From Pecten maximus (lineage: Eukaryota): 64,000 nucleotides of DNA. Numbering within the stretch: the stretch's first letter is position 1; every line of letters starts with the position of its first letter. A program made the translations under genes and the position numbers. The stretch spans positions 25,110,001 to 25,174,000 of the forward strand of contig NC_047024.1 of assembly GCF_902652985.1 (NCBI RefSeq). The letters run 5' to 3'. The notes below the pieces were generated by a model. The model was not told where the DNA came from. It saw nothing but the letters and a program-made list of their open reading frames with translations, and searched no databases. Positions 51,391-64,000 of the stretch are shown here, piece after piece.

Positions 51391-53690
51391 TCACATTGTT
51401 GCATGCATTTTGACACGAGCAAAATAGAAAGTAGTCAGTATTTTTGATTTTTATTTAAGCCAATGTTTCACGTGTGAAAAGCGCGAAAATAAGTAACCGC
51501 TAAAAAAGCTACGTTTACAGTACGCTCTGTGAGGCTTTGAAGAAAAAATGATCTCCTTTTAACATTGTGCATAGAAATGCCCTTTCCCTTCAGGCAAATT
51601 TTAGGACTATAACAAAAAACAAAAACATAGTCCCGTGAGGAAGGTTAAGGGTTCCATCTGCAAGATAAATACAATTTCAACTTGCTTATCCCTGCTTCAA
51701 TAAAGTTCAGTTACTTTAAGTTGGCAGAAAGGACAGGTAATGCCATTGTCAGTGTCATATGTGCGGATAGAGTGTCACGTTTCCCGTATCGAAATGTGAC
51801 ATGTCACTGTGACAGCGCTATAAAAACAGACGTCTTTGGTCCTCATGTTCGTGAAGTACTAAACTGACTACGTTGATATTCTTATTTGGACATAAGGTAA
51901 TGCCAACTCAAACCAGTCAGTGTGTTGTTCTTGAAGGTAATCACACGTTCGATCCTAGGAATTTCTGTTTTGAAATTTGATTTTGAAAACAAGGATGTTT
52001 TTTTTTGATTGATCTATTTAACCTCCCCATCCAAATTTTGACATTTGTTTTGACTTATTTCAGTTCCCTCCTAGGTATCAACACGTTAGCTATTAGCTCT
52101 AATGACGAGCTCTGAAAGGACGAACTGTGGTATAAAAAGTTAAATTCAATATTGCTCCACGGTAATATCATATGGTGTTAATATCATATGTGTCTTTGTA
52201 TGAAATCCTTTGGTATACATCATTTTATAGTCGTATTGGTTTCGCTTTACTATTTAAGAACAAATTTAAGTCTCTTCCTGACGAAATAGTATTAGATCTG
52301 CTGTCATTTCTGTCCGGGGTGGCTACATTTTCTACATTGTTGAAATCTTACCTGATATAATACCTGTGAGGTATCCTGTTTCACGAGCCCAAAATGATAC
52401 ATAGTCTTACATGATCGGTCGTAGATAGTGCAAAGGAGGTCCCACCATAGCGCTTTCAAACTTGACTGGTTATATATATATATGGGCACAACAAGAACAC
52501 CTGTTACTGAGGGGAGTGAGGGAGGAGAGACATTGCAAGGTAGGTTTCCAAAACAGTAAGTAATTTTTACTTCATTATGTTGTTGCGATTCTCTAAATCA
52601 ATTGTGTTTTCAGTATATTATCCTCTACTGTAAAATGATATTACTTGCAATTAGATGAGGTGAATCTATTTTAGGATTTTTGCAACAGAGAAATTTGATA
52701 AGACAGCAAACATAAACCTGTTTTGATAGTTTGAAGCGAGTGATTTAGTAGTATTTTCAGGAATTGTATTAATTACGCGTCATATGTAAAGTTAGAAAAC
52801 ATATTGTTCTCTTTATAAAACATACCTTAGAACACTCGGTGGGATAGTGACAATGTATAACATATTCGGTTTTTGTTTTTGTTTGTTTTTGGTTTTGTAA
52901 TTGTTTCCATACTCTCGTGACTTATTTTTTTATTTTTCGTTCCTTTGCACTGGCCATTTTTGCTTTATATACTTACACATCGAGAATATCAATTATTTCA
53001 TAGCGTTGCATAATTTACCTATTTAAAACATAGAAGTACATCACTGCCCAAAGACATCATATTATATTAAATTAGATTAATAGATGTATTTGTCAAACAG
53101 AGAAGCATAATTAGGATGTCACTAACTTAATGATGATATTTAGCATTGATACAAGCAGTAGATGAAGTTTTAGTGTGAGATCTACGTTTATTTTGATGAT
53201 ACTGAGGATTGTATCCTTTGTTTCCATTGAAACTGATCCCCGTTAATAATGCATGAAAATGCAATACGTCATCCACTTTGGGAAACAACTCTAAATTAGT
53301 CAGTCCGAGAATAAAAAGCATTTCCAGAATGGCAGAAACTTTTTCCCTAAGTGAATATTCCGTAGTTACATTATTTTTTGTCGCTTTTGACTACCATGTA
53401 GGTACAGGAATGATAGCCTGTTGTTACCTACTGACTGTTAGCAGAACTGACAGTTCAGGTGTAAATCCCCTGCTGAATCCAGAAGAGATCTCTTTATTTC
53501 CGTTACGTTACCGATCACAATGGAATTTGATGACATAAAAGATTTGATAAAAAAAATTTGTTTAATATTTATAAACATTTGTTATTCAAGTTTTAATTAT
53601 TCTGGAAATAACATGTATTTAAAACAAGGCGTTTGTTTACAGTACTGGTGCAAGATTCCCTAAAATTCCTTGAAGAGGTCGCCATTCGAG

Positions 53691-54298
53691 ATGACCTCGT
53701 GGCCCCTACAGACGTTGCTGCTACTCTTGTCAATAGTTGCTAGGGCTTCGGCCTCAGGAATGATGAAGGATTTGGAACTATTGAACGATACTTTATTTGA
53801 GGATTATCGACCCGAATTCCGACCTGCGTTTTACCTTAACGAAACTGTAGAGGTCAAATTAGAGTACTATCTCTACTCTGTCATCGACTTCAATGTCGTC
53901 TCGGAGGTCGTCTCATTGGCCGGGTCGATGAGGATAATGTGAGTGATACAAATATATTAATATAATCTTAGACTATGTCGTCTGCTTCCAGTTAGTATTA
54001 ATAGAAAAAAATATTAGAACCTTCTCATACTTTATCACTTGATGATATACGTTGAATGTGCAATTATAGTTAGATCAGATTGCCCCCCCCCCCCCCCCCA
54101 ACCCTTAATACCACCCTAAAATATACAGACTACTTCGGTTTCACAGTCGATGCATCGTCAGTTATCACGACCGCTTTTGATCCATCTTCTCATCTTTAAA
54201 TCATTGTCATACGACAAAAGAATAACATGCATTAATATTTGAGAGTTCTAAACTTTAAACTTTGAACGTTGGACTTAAATTGAAAGTGAATCTCTCTC

Positions 54299-54347
<49 letters not shown>

Positions 54348-57300
54348 ACACACTTCCGGTTTTTTGAGTGTTACTTTTTGTTGATATAGTTCGAGTAGAC
54401 CTAAAATATTTTTATATTAATACTAACCAGAAGCAGACACCTGTTTCTTAAATAATTTTTCATTTTGATGTGGGATTTAGGAAGACTAGTTGCATTATAC
54501 TTGTTACAATATTGTACATTATACTAACATGTTACAATATTGTACATTATACTAACATGTTACAATATTGTACATTATACTAACATGTTACAATATTGTA
54601 CATTATACTAACATGTTACAATATTGTACATTATACTAACATGTTATAATATCGTACATTATACTAGTGACACACATGTACATTACACTAACTAGTGACA
54701 CACGTGTGCATTATACTAACTAGTGACACACGTGTGCATTATACTAACTAGTGACACACGTGTACATTACACTAACTAGTGACACGCGTGTGCATTACAC
54801 TAACTAGTGACACAACTGCGCATTACACTACCTAGAGACACACGTGTGCATTACACTAACTAGTGACACACGTGTGCATTACACTAACTAGTGACACACG
54901 TGTGCATTACACTAACTAGTGAAACACGTGTGCATTACACTAACTAGTGGCACACGTGTGCATTACACTAACTAGTGACACACGTGTGCATTACACTAAC
55001 TAGTGACACACGTGTACATTACACTTACTAGTGACACAAATGTGCATTACACTAACTAGTGACACACGTGTGCATTGCACAAACTAGTGAAACACGTGTG
55101 CATTACACTAACTAGTGACACATCTGCGCATTACACTAACTAGTGACACACGTGTGCATTACACTAACTAGTGACACACGTGTGCATTACACTAACTAGT
55201 GACACATGTGTGCATTACACTTGCTAGTGACACACGTGTGCATTACACTAGCTAGTGACACACGTGCTAGTGACACACCTGTGCATTACACTAACTAGTG
55301 ACACACGTGTGCATTTCACTTATTAGTAACACACGTGTGCATTACACTAACTAGTGGCACAACTGCGCATTGCACTACCTAGAGACACGTGTGCATTACA
55401 CTAACTAGTGACACACGTGTACATTACACTAACTATTGACACACGTGTGCATTACACTAACTAGTGACACACGTGTACATTACACTAACTAGTGGCACAC
55501 GTGTGCATTACACTAACTAGTGACACACGTGTGCATTACACTAACTAGTGACACACCTGTGCATTGTACTAGCTAGTGACACACCTGTGCATTATACTAA
55601 CTAGTGACACACGTGTGCATTACACTTACTAGTGACACACGTGTGCATTACACTTACTAGTGACACACGTGTGCATTACACTTACTAGTGACACACGTGT
55701 GCATTATACTTGCTTTCTCTTCCGGAACACTAATCTTGGTCTTATTCTCCTCGTACTCTTGATTTATGTTTTGTTAATAGTTTGTGTTAATGTGAATGAC
55801 GTTTGGTTACCCATCTTAACTGTTTTTGACTTCAGCGGATAGGATTGATGATTTGCCAAATCAAAATCATTATTTTGCAGTTTTTAACATCAATAAATCA
55901 ATGGAGAAAAGCTGTGTATTTTTAAGATTTCTTTTTCTTTTTTTCACCTTTTTTCATATTTGTACCAGTGTAAAGATGTTATGACGTTGGAACATGGTCA
56001 GGAATATACCCAGATATAGGTCATTGCAGAAATATGCTGATGTCATAGATTTTACACTGAGTATATGAACATTGAATAGAGTGCAATTGACATTTGCATC
56101 ACATCAAACAAAAAATAAGCTATGTCGTTTTAAATTGTGGCGATACTTAAAATTTTAATGAAGTATTAGTACGAAGAAGTAAGGGAGTTTCTTTTAAAAG
56201 TTTTGCTTGGAGTAGACAGTATATATCACAATTGGTATATTGTATTTTAAGTTATCGAAGAAAACATTGATTTTGCCATTCATTGACTGATGAAAGCAAC
56301 ATGAACAATCTCGCATAACTTGCATGAGGGATTAAACAGCTCTGTCAAAGATTGTCGACATATTCTTGATAAAGTTAATCATTGATGACATATTTAATTA
56401 CTTAGGTGGAACGACTATCGGCTGAAGTGGGACCCGTATGATTATGGTGGGGTCGAAGGAATGGTACTTCCGGCTAGCCAAGTATGGCTCCCAAGGATTG
56501 TCCTACTAAATGCCGTGGACAGTATAGAACATATTGGATCAGAAGACTTCAGCGTGTTCGTCATACACACGGGAGAAGTGTATTGGAATCCAGCTGTCAT
56601 ATTCATGTAATACCGCATTGCTCATAACTACCAATAGTTTCACACAGCGATAATATAAAGTTATGCATTCGCAAATATGTCCGAAGAGTTGAATTCGCGA
56701 AATAAATTATATCCCTCAAGGTGCAACGCCAACGCTGCAATTGTAATACAGTATTTTGGTATACTGCAAAATAAAAACCCAAAAAACAAACAAACAAACA
56801 AACAAAACAAAAACAAAACAGAAAACCCAAAAAACCTAACCTTTTGTGCTGAAAAATGTTTAAATAAGTGAATTTAATAAAATGATGGTTAATCGAATAA
56901 CTAGGCTATATAGTTGTCAGTGTCCTGTGTCCTACGTCAGATATGCCTCCCCTTCCTTCTTTTTTTACAAGTGTTCATTGCCTTTGTAAATTTCTGAATT
57001 AAAAATTTTCCACAAGAAAGTTTCACAGAATTTAAGAAAGTTTCATAACTAGTTTTCCTCAAATCTAAAAATGAATGTGAAGATGGAATTGAAAACTGAA
57101 ACTATATAACTGTTGTTAGCGTGCATTTTTCATTTGAGTCAATAATTCTAAATTGTTTGATTGAAGTATTTTATATTGTTTTGTGCTATTATTGGCATTG
57201 CTCTTTATCTTACTAGGTCTTTGTGTCACGCGAACATGCGTTCCTTCCCGAAGGACCACCATACCTGTTTACTGATCCTGAACAATATGATTCACACGAA

Positions 57301-58027
57301 GACAGAGATGAGACTCTCTGCACTTAACCACAAGGTAAATATGGGGTATTATACAAAGAACGGTGAGTGGGATGTAACCTGGACAAAGATGTCGGACAAC
57401 TATAGTAAATATAAAGAGCAATCAGCCTCTTTCATGACAATAACTATCGGCATGGCCCGGAAGTCGGAATACTTCATAATAAACGTGCTGATTCCTGTGG
57501 CGGTTTTGTGTATTCTCGAATCATTTGTGTTCCTGATCCCCGTGGGATCTAGTGATCGGGTCTCCTTTTCAATGACTCTATTTTTAGCCTTGTCTGTCTA
57601 CATGTCAGTAATGGGCTCGTTTCTACCGACGACCTCTGAACCGTTGCCAGGGATGACGTATTTCCTGTTGATGTCCGTGATACACAGTACATTGGTTGTC
57701 CTGCTGACTATAGTTACGATTCGTCTGCACGAAAGAGAGGATATGCCGGGTAGATTAGTTCGTTTGTACTGGCGAACAGTTGGGAGGAAAAAAATGAAGA
57801 AACAATACAAGAATGACGACAATTTAAACGAGAATGTTCCATTTGACGATGGAATTCAGGAATCTACTGAGGTATACGAATCCAAAGTTCCAAAGAAAGG
57901 TTCCTTGCTGCAGGCTGTAGATGTGTTTTTGTTTCTGTTAGCACTAACAAGCATGCTAGTGATGTGCATTGTGTTCTACGTGGTCTACCTTATGAATATA
58001 GAGGAGGAGGTAGTTGATTTAGACTAA
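53691..58027 (+). CDS. Divergent nAChR-like (Cys-loop) non-alpha subunit B, ~419 aa; tandem paralog of subunit A
   Basis: Exons 53691-53938, 56406-56606 and 57217-58027; first two coding exons the same size as in gene A (248, 201 nt). WNDYRLKWDP, Cys-loop CHANMRSFPKDHHTC, NGEW, M1-M4. Confidence 0.93.
54490..55712. repeat. 28 bp minisatellite in the first coding intron of receptor B (two sequence variants)
   Basis: TAACATGTTACAATATTGTACATTATAC units (to ~54665) then TAACTAGTGACACACGTGTGCATTACAC units, same period. Confidence 0.95.
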
Positions 58028-58576
58028 GCCTCTGTTACACAATGCTACATGTATGATTTTGGAAGCTGAACCCCTAATGTGGAGTCCAAAGTACGTGCTT
58101 CGTTTCATTGTGATTGCCAGAATTAAAACTTTATGACATTGTAGGAGAGTAAAGGATATGAGCTTACATCAAAGATATTTCACTGTTGTATTTTTGACCT
58201 TTCGCGCTTAGATAATGGGATAAAGATATTACTTTTTAACTAATAGTATAACAGAGGTCATTTACTGCAGGTTATTACCGTGTATTAAGACGGTTTGCTT
58301 AACCCCAATAAACATTTAAATGAACCTGATGTTTATAAATGAAAAGACGTAATGTTATTTTCTAGGAAATAAAATGTTTGTCGTCCGTCATTGGTCTGTG
58401 AGAAGAGGAAAACAACGAATAAAATTAACAGAATGTAGCAACAGCGTTTATATGATATTGACTATCCTGGGGTCCGGTGGGATTTCACATAATGATATTG
58501 TATTTGAACTCATACTATATATATATATATAATGGGAAGGACTGGTTACGTTAAGGACAGAATAGCGGTTACATAT

Positions 58577-58722
58577 ATAGAGAATACATGGTCAGTGTCT
58601 TAAAAACAGCTGTATTTTGGCTCGGGACAGAAAGACAAAAGTGGCTCGCCAAGGCTCGCCACTTTTGCCTTTCTCGCCAAAATACAGCTTATATTTTAAG
58701 ACACTGACCATGTATTCTCTAT
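58577..58722. mobile_element. Hairpin MITE (~146 bp)
   Basis: ATAGAGAATACATGGTCAGTGTCTTAAAA ... TTTTAAGACACTGACCATGTATTCTCTAT; almost wholly self-complementary. Confidence 0.85.
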
Positions 58723-59084
58723 GTATGGAATGTAAGTACATTATTGAGACCCTGTAGTGATCTTTTGGACGTCTATGGCTTATTCATGTATAAAAATCTG
58801 TTCATGAATGGATATCTATATGTATTATGTAATAGCTATTTTCATCTATTCAGCTATGTTTTCATCTAATTCCCTACCCCTCCACTACTCCACCCTTCCA
58901 TTCCTGTCAGAATCAGTTGTTTATACTGTTAGTATTGGTGGTTGGCTCATTTTTGCGACAAAACATCAGCTTTCCTGACACGACATCCAATGCCTCTTGA
59001 GCAAACGGATAGGTACATTAGTTTTTGAATCCAAGCATTCATGATTTACAATATCTTTAAATTGGCATGCAAACTGGTTGTTTA

Positions 59085-59695
59085 AATAAGTAGGTCAATC
59101 AATAGGTACTTGGCTATGATTTTTTACGGAAATATAGATAAATGGCCTCAACGTAGTGTTATAGACCCATCAACAAATTAGGTCATAAAGGGCCAGAAGG
59201 GAGCTAAACGAACACCGTCAAATTATGTCAAATATGGATTTATGTTATGTGATACAGGACCATAGGATAGTTTCAACAAACATCATCTTGGTCAAATAGA
59301 TAAAAATTAGGTCATATCAAGGTATTATCAACTAATACCAACGAATTAGGTCAAATATGAATGTAAATTAGGTTATATATGACCACAAGGTAGTCTTAGG
59401 GAACACCAAGAAATATATCATATGGGGTGTAAAATAGGTTACATAGGGTCACATGGTAGTCGCCATAAAGAGCAATGAATCAGGTCAAATAGGGATGGAA
59501 AATAGGTCAAATAGTAAAGGAAAGTAGGTCATATTGCAATGGAAAGTAGGTCATACGGGGTCAGAAGGAAGACGCAATGTACATCAATGAATTAAGTCAA
59601 GCATGGAAGTAAAACAGGCCATACAAGTCCACAATGAAGTCTTAATGGACATTAACGAATAAGGTCATCAATTTAAGTAGGTCATATGGGCCATA
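59085..59695. repeat. Highly degenerate tandem repeat rich in TAGGTCA
   Basis: About 15 (A/T)AGGTCA-like words in 600 bp, all on one strand. Confidence 0.7.
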
Positions 59696-60659
59696 ACCCA
59701 TTAAGGGCATTCTTAAAAAATGGCAGTTTTACCGGAATTTAAAGAAAAAGGACATCATCGCTAAGCATATGCAATAAGGAGTTTGGCACAAAAACCCACC
59801 CCGCACTCCGTATATGTGTATAATAGATACATACGTTTTAAACACAAACCAAACATTGGGTAAGGGGTTTCAACGACCACATCAGAATGCATAGCAGACA
59901 TGGGGAAAGGCGAAGGAATGATATCCTAGGTCACAACAACATTTGTTTATCTTTCTTTTGACGGTTTAAAAATACGATGATATTTCATTTTTAATATTTT
60001 AAATTGTGTGAAAACATGTTAAACCTGCAAAACAACTTTTTTTTCAATATTAAGATGTTTATGTGGGTTTAATTACATATATATGCACACACAGATTTTT
60101 TTTCATAATTTATTCATCATTAACGCACTGTGGCGACAATGTGGTGTGACCTTTACCCTGCTCTGTCTAGGTTTTGACGCCTCTGGTGCGGGCTTCCTGT
60201 TCTCCTATAAACCTAAAGTGTATGGTTAAAGACGGATAGGGTTACCCTAACAAAGTACAGATACCCCGATACCGTAGATACGACCACAGAACACTGCTCA
60301 GGTATAATTACCACTTTATACTCCAGTCGTACATAACACTTATACTCATATTTCACTCGTTTACATGTGAAAAGTCTCAAACGTTAAAAAAATCAAAAAA
60401 AATCTTGTTAAAATTCTTGATATCATCCCATGCAGCATTTACCTTCTCACAGATGTACATACAGATCAGAGATAAAATATTGTCGTGTATATTACACAAG
60501 ACGTCAAATATTGACTATAAGATTTAATATATTTTTCATGTTTAAACGATGAAATGTCACATTTGATTTATTGATACAAACATCGGTAGTGTACAAGGTA
60601 GGCAGAACTGATAATGTATTCGAAAACGCATTGAAGCCATTGAATCATTCCTATGTTAA

Positions 60660-63600
60660 GCAGAGACACGGTGTACCTGTCCCTACAGAGAGACACTGTG
60701 TACATATCCATATAGAGACACACTGTGTACCTGTTTCTATAGAGAAACTGTGTACTGTCTCTATAGAGAGACACTGTGTACCAGTCCCTGAAGAGAGACA
60801 CTGTGTACCTGTCCCTGTAGACACTGTGTACCTGTCCCTATAGTGAGACGCTGTGTACCTGTCCCTATAGAGAGACGCTGTGTACCTGTCGCTATAGAGA
60901 GACACTGTGTACCTGTCCCGAAAGAGACACTGTGTACACCTGTCCCTGTAGAGAGACACTGTGTATCTGTCCCTGTAGACACTGTGTACCTGTCCCTATA
61001 GAGAGACACTGTGTACCTGTCGCTATAGAGAGACGTTGTGAACCTGTCCCGAAAGAGACACTGTGTACCTGTCCCTATAGAGAGACACTGTGTACCTGTC
61101 CCTACAGAGAGACGTTGTGAACCTGTCCCTATAGAGAGACACTGTGTACCTTTCCTATAGAGACGCTGTGTACTTGTCCCAATAGAGAGACACTGTGTAT
61201 CTTTCCTATAGTGACACTGTGTACGTCTTCCTATAGAGAGACACTGTGTACCTGTCTGTATAGAGTGACGCTGTGTACCTGTCCCTATAAAGTGAGGCTG
61301 TGTACCTGTCCCTATAGAGAGACGCTGTGTACCTGTCCCTATAGAGAGACACTGTGTACCTGTCGCTATAGAGAGACACTGTGTACACCTGTCCCTATAG
61401 AGAGACACTGTGTACCTGTCCCTGTAGACACTGTGTACCTGTCCCTATAGAGAGACGCTGTGTACCTGTCCCTACAGAGAGACACTGTGTACCTGTCCCT
61501 ATAGGGAGACACTGTGTACCTGTCCCTACAGAGAGGCACTGTGAACCTGTCCCTATAGAGAGACACTGTGTACCTTTCCTATAGAGACGCTGTGTACTTG
61601 TCCCAATAGAGAGACACTGTGTATCTTTCCTATAGAGACACTGTGTACGTCTTCCTATAGAGAGACACTGTGTACCTGTCCCTATAGTGAGACGCTGTGT
61701 ACCTGTCCCTATAGAGAGACACTGTGTACCTGTCGCTATAGAGAGACACTGTGTACACCTGTCCCTATAGAGAGACACTGTGTACCTGTCCCTGTAGACA
61801 CTGTATACCTGTCCCTATAGAGAGACGCTGTGTACCTGTCCCTATAGAGGGACAATGTGTACCTGTCTCTATAGAGAGACACTGTGTATCTGTCCCTATA
61901 GAGAGACACTGTGTACCTGTCCCTATAAAGTGAGGCTGTGTACCTGTCCCTGTTGACACTGTGTACCTGTCCCTACAGAGAGGCACTGTGAACCTGTCCC
62001 TATAGAGACACACTGTGTACCTCTTTCTATAGAGACAATGTGTACCTGTCCCTATAGAGAGACACTGTGTACCTGTCCCTATAGAGACACTGTGTACCTG
62101 TCCCTGTAGACACTGTGTACCTGTCCCTATAGTAAGACGCTGTGTACCTGTCCCTATAGAGAGACGATGTGTACCTGTCCCTATAGAGAGACACTGTGTA
62201 CCTGTCGCTATAGAGAGACACTGTGTACACCTGTCCCTATAGAGAGACACTGTGTACCTGTCCCTGTAGACACTGTGTACCTGTCCCTATAGTGAGACGC
62301 TCTGTACCTGTCCCTACAGAGAGACACTGTGTACCTGTCCCTATAGGGAGACACTGTGTACCTGTCCCTACAGAGAGGCACTGTGAACCTGTCCCTATAG
62401 AGAGACACTGTGTACCTTTCCTATAGAGACGCTGTGTACCTGTCCCTATAGAGACACTGTGTACCTGTCCCTGTAGACACTGTGTACCTGTCCCTATAGT
62501 GAGACGCTGTGTACCTGTCCCTATAGAGAGACGCTGTGTACCTGTCGCTATAGAGAGACACTGTGTACCTGTCCCGAAAGAGACACTGTGTACACCTGTC
62601 CCTGTAGAGAGACACTGTGTATCTGTCCCTGTAGACACTGTGTACCTGTTACTATAGAGATACACTGTGTACCTGTCGCTATAGAGAGACACTGTGTACC
62701 TGTCCCTATAGAGAGACACTGTGTACCTGTCCCTGTAGACACTGTGTACCTGTCCCTATAGTGAGACGCTGTGTACCTGTCCCTACAGAGAGACACTGTG
62801 TACCTGTCCCTATAGGGAGACACTGTGTATCTGTCCCTACAGAGAGGCACTGTGAACCTGTCCCTATAGAGAGACACTGTGTACCTTTCCTATAGAGACA
62901 CTGTGTACGTCTTCCTATGGAGAGACACTGTGTACCTGTCCCTATAGTGAGACGCTGTGTACCTGTCCCTATAGAGAGACACTGTGTACCTGTCGCTATA
63001 GAGAGACACTGTGTACACCTGTCCCTATAGAGAGATGCTGTGTACCTGTCCCTATAGAGAGACAATGTGTACCTGTCTCTATAGAGAGACACTGTGTATC
63101 TGTCCCTATAGTGAGACGCTGTGTTCCTGTCCTATAGAGAGACGCTGTGCACCTGTCCCTGTAGACACTCTGTACCTGTCCCTATAGTGAGACCCTATGT
63201 ACCTGTCCCTATAGAGAGACGCTGTTTTCCTGTCGCTATAGAGAGACACTGTGTACCTGTCGCTGTAGAGAGGCACTGTGTACCTGTCCCTGTAGACACT
63301 GTGTACCTGTCCCTATAGTGAGACGCTGTGTACCTGTCCATATAGAGAGACGCTGTGTACCTGTCGCTATAGAGAGACACTGTGTACCTGTCCCGAAAGA
63401 GACACCGTGTACACCTGTCCTTACAGAGAGACACTGTGAACCTGTCCCTATAGAGAGACACTGTGTACCTGTTCCTACAGAGAGACACTGTGAACCTGTC
63501 CCTATAGAGAGACACTGTGTACCTTTCCTATAGAGACACTGTGTACATGTCCCTATAGAGACACTGTGTACCTGTCCCTGTAGACACTGTGTACCTGTCC

Positions 63601-64000
63601 CTATAGTGAGACGCTGTGTACCTGTCCCTATAGAGAGACGCTGTGTACCTGTCGCTATAGAGAGACACTGTGTACCTGTCCCGAAAGAGACACTGTGTAC
63701 ACCTGTCCCTGTAGAGAGACACTGTGTATCTGTTCCTGTAGACACTGTGTACCTGTCGCTATAGAGAGACACTGTGTACACCTGTCCCTATATAGAGAGA
63801 CACTGTGCACCTGTCCCTGTAGACACTGTGTTCCTGTCCCTATAGTGAGACGCTCTGTACCTGTCCCTACAGAGAGACACTGTGTACCTGTCCCTATAGG
63901 GAGACACTGTGTACCTGTCCATACAGAGAGGCACTGTGAACCTGTCCCTATAGAGAGACACTGTGTACCTTTCCTATAGAGACGCTGTGTACTTGTCCCA
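60660..64000. repeat. 27 bp satellite array with 23/25/29 bp variants, continuing past the window end
   Basis: Unit AGAGAGACACTGTGTACCTGTCCCTAT; more than 100 copies; explains all ORFs after 60560. Confidence 0.97.

Noticed and set aside
45306-58027. Assigning a CHRNA/CHRNB gene symbol
   Set aside because: No vicinal cysteines and too divergent; orthology cannot be determined without a phylogeny.
50300-64000. 25-28 bp repeat arrays as CRISPR arrays
   Set aside because: Units are head-to-tail with no unique spacers, there are no cas genes, and the context is eukaryotic.

Overview
AT-rich, intron-containing eukaryotic DNA, most likely a bivalve mollusc (inference from repeat types and the receptor family). 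Left half (460-27510): a three-copy tandem duplication of an ~8.2 kb unit. Each unit carries a 3-exon plus-strand orphan gene (~210-218 aa, N-terminal coiled coil) and the last two exons of a minus-strand gene. The 5' exons of that minus-strand gene exist only once (31359-31275, 30004-29726). Spliced, it encodes a ~605 aa secreted protein: signal peptide, degenerate PAN/apple-like module, then four tandem copies of an ~120 aa domain I cannot name. The only unit directly linked to the 5' exons (copy 3) has a stop four codons early, while the two downstream exon cassettes are intact. An older pseudogenised paralog lies at 36.0-36.8 kb. Right half: two tandem 3-exon divergent nAChR-like (Cys-loop) subunit genes that have lost all canonical acetylcholine-binding aromatics. 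Upstream of them is an ~2.4 kb palindrome made by a Helentron/HINE-type element inserted inverted into a copy of itself. The rest is Gypsy relics, MITEs, SINE fragments and at least seven minisatellite/satellite arrays. All gene models were spliced by hand from GT/AG sites and phase compatibility; there is no expression evidence.
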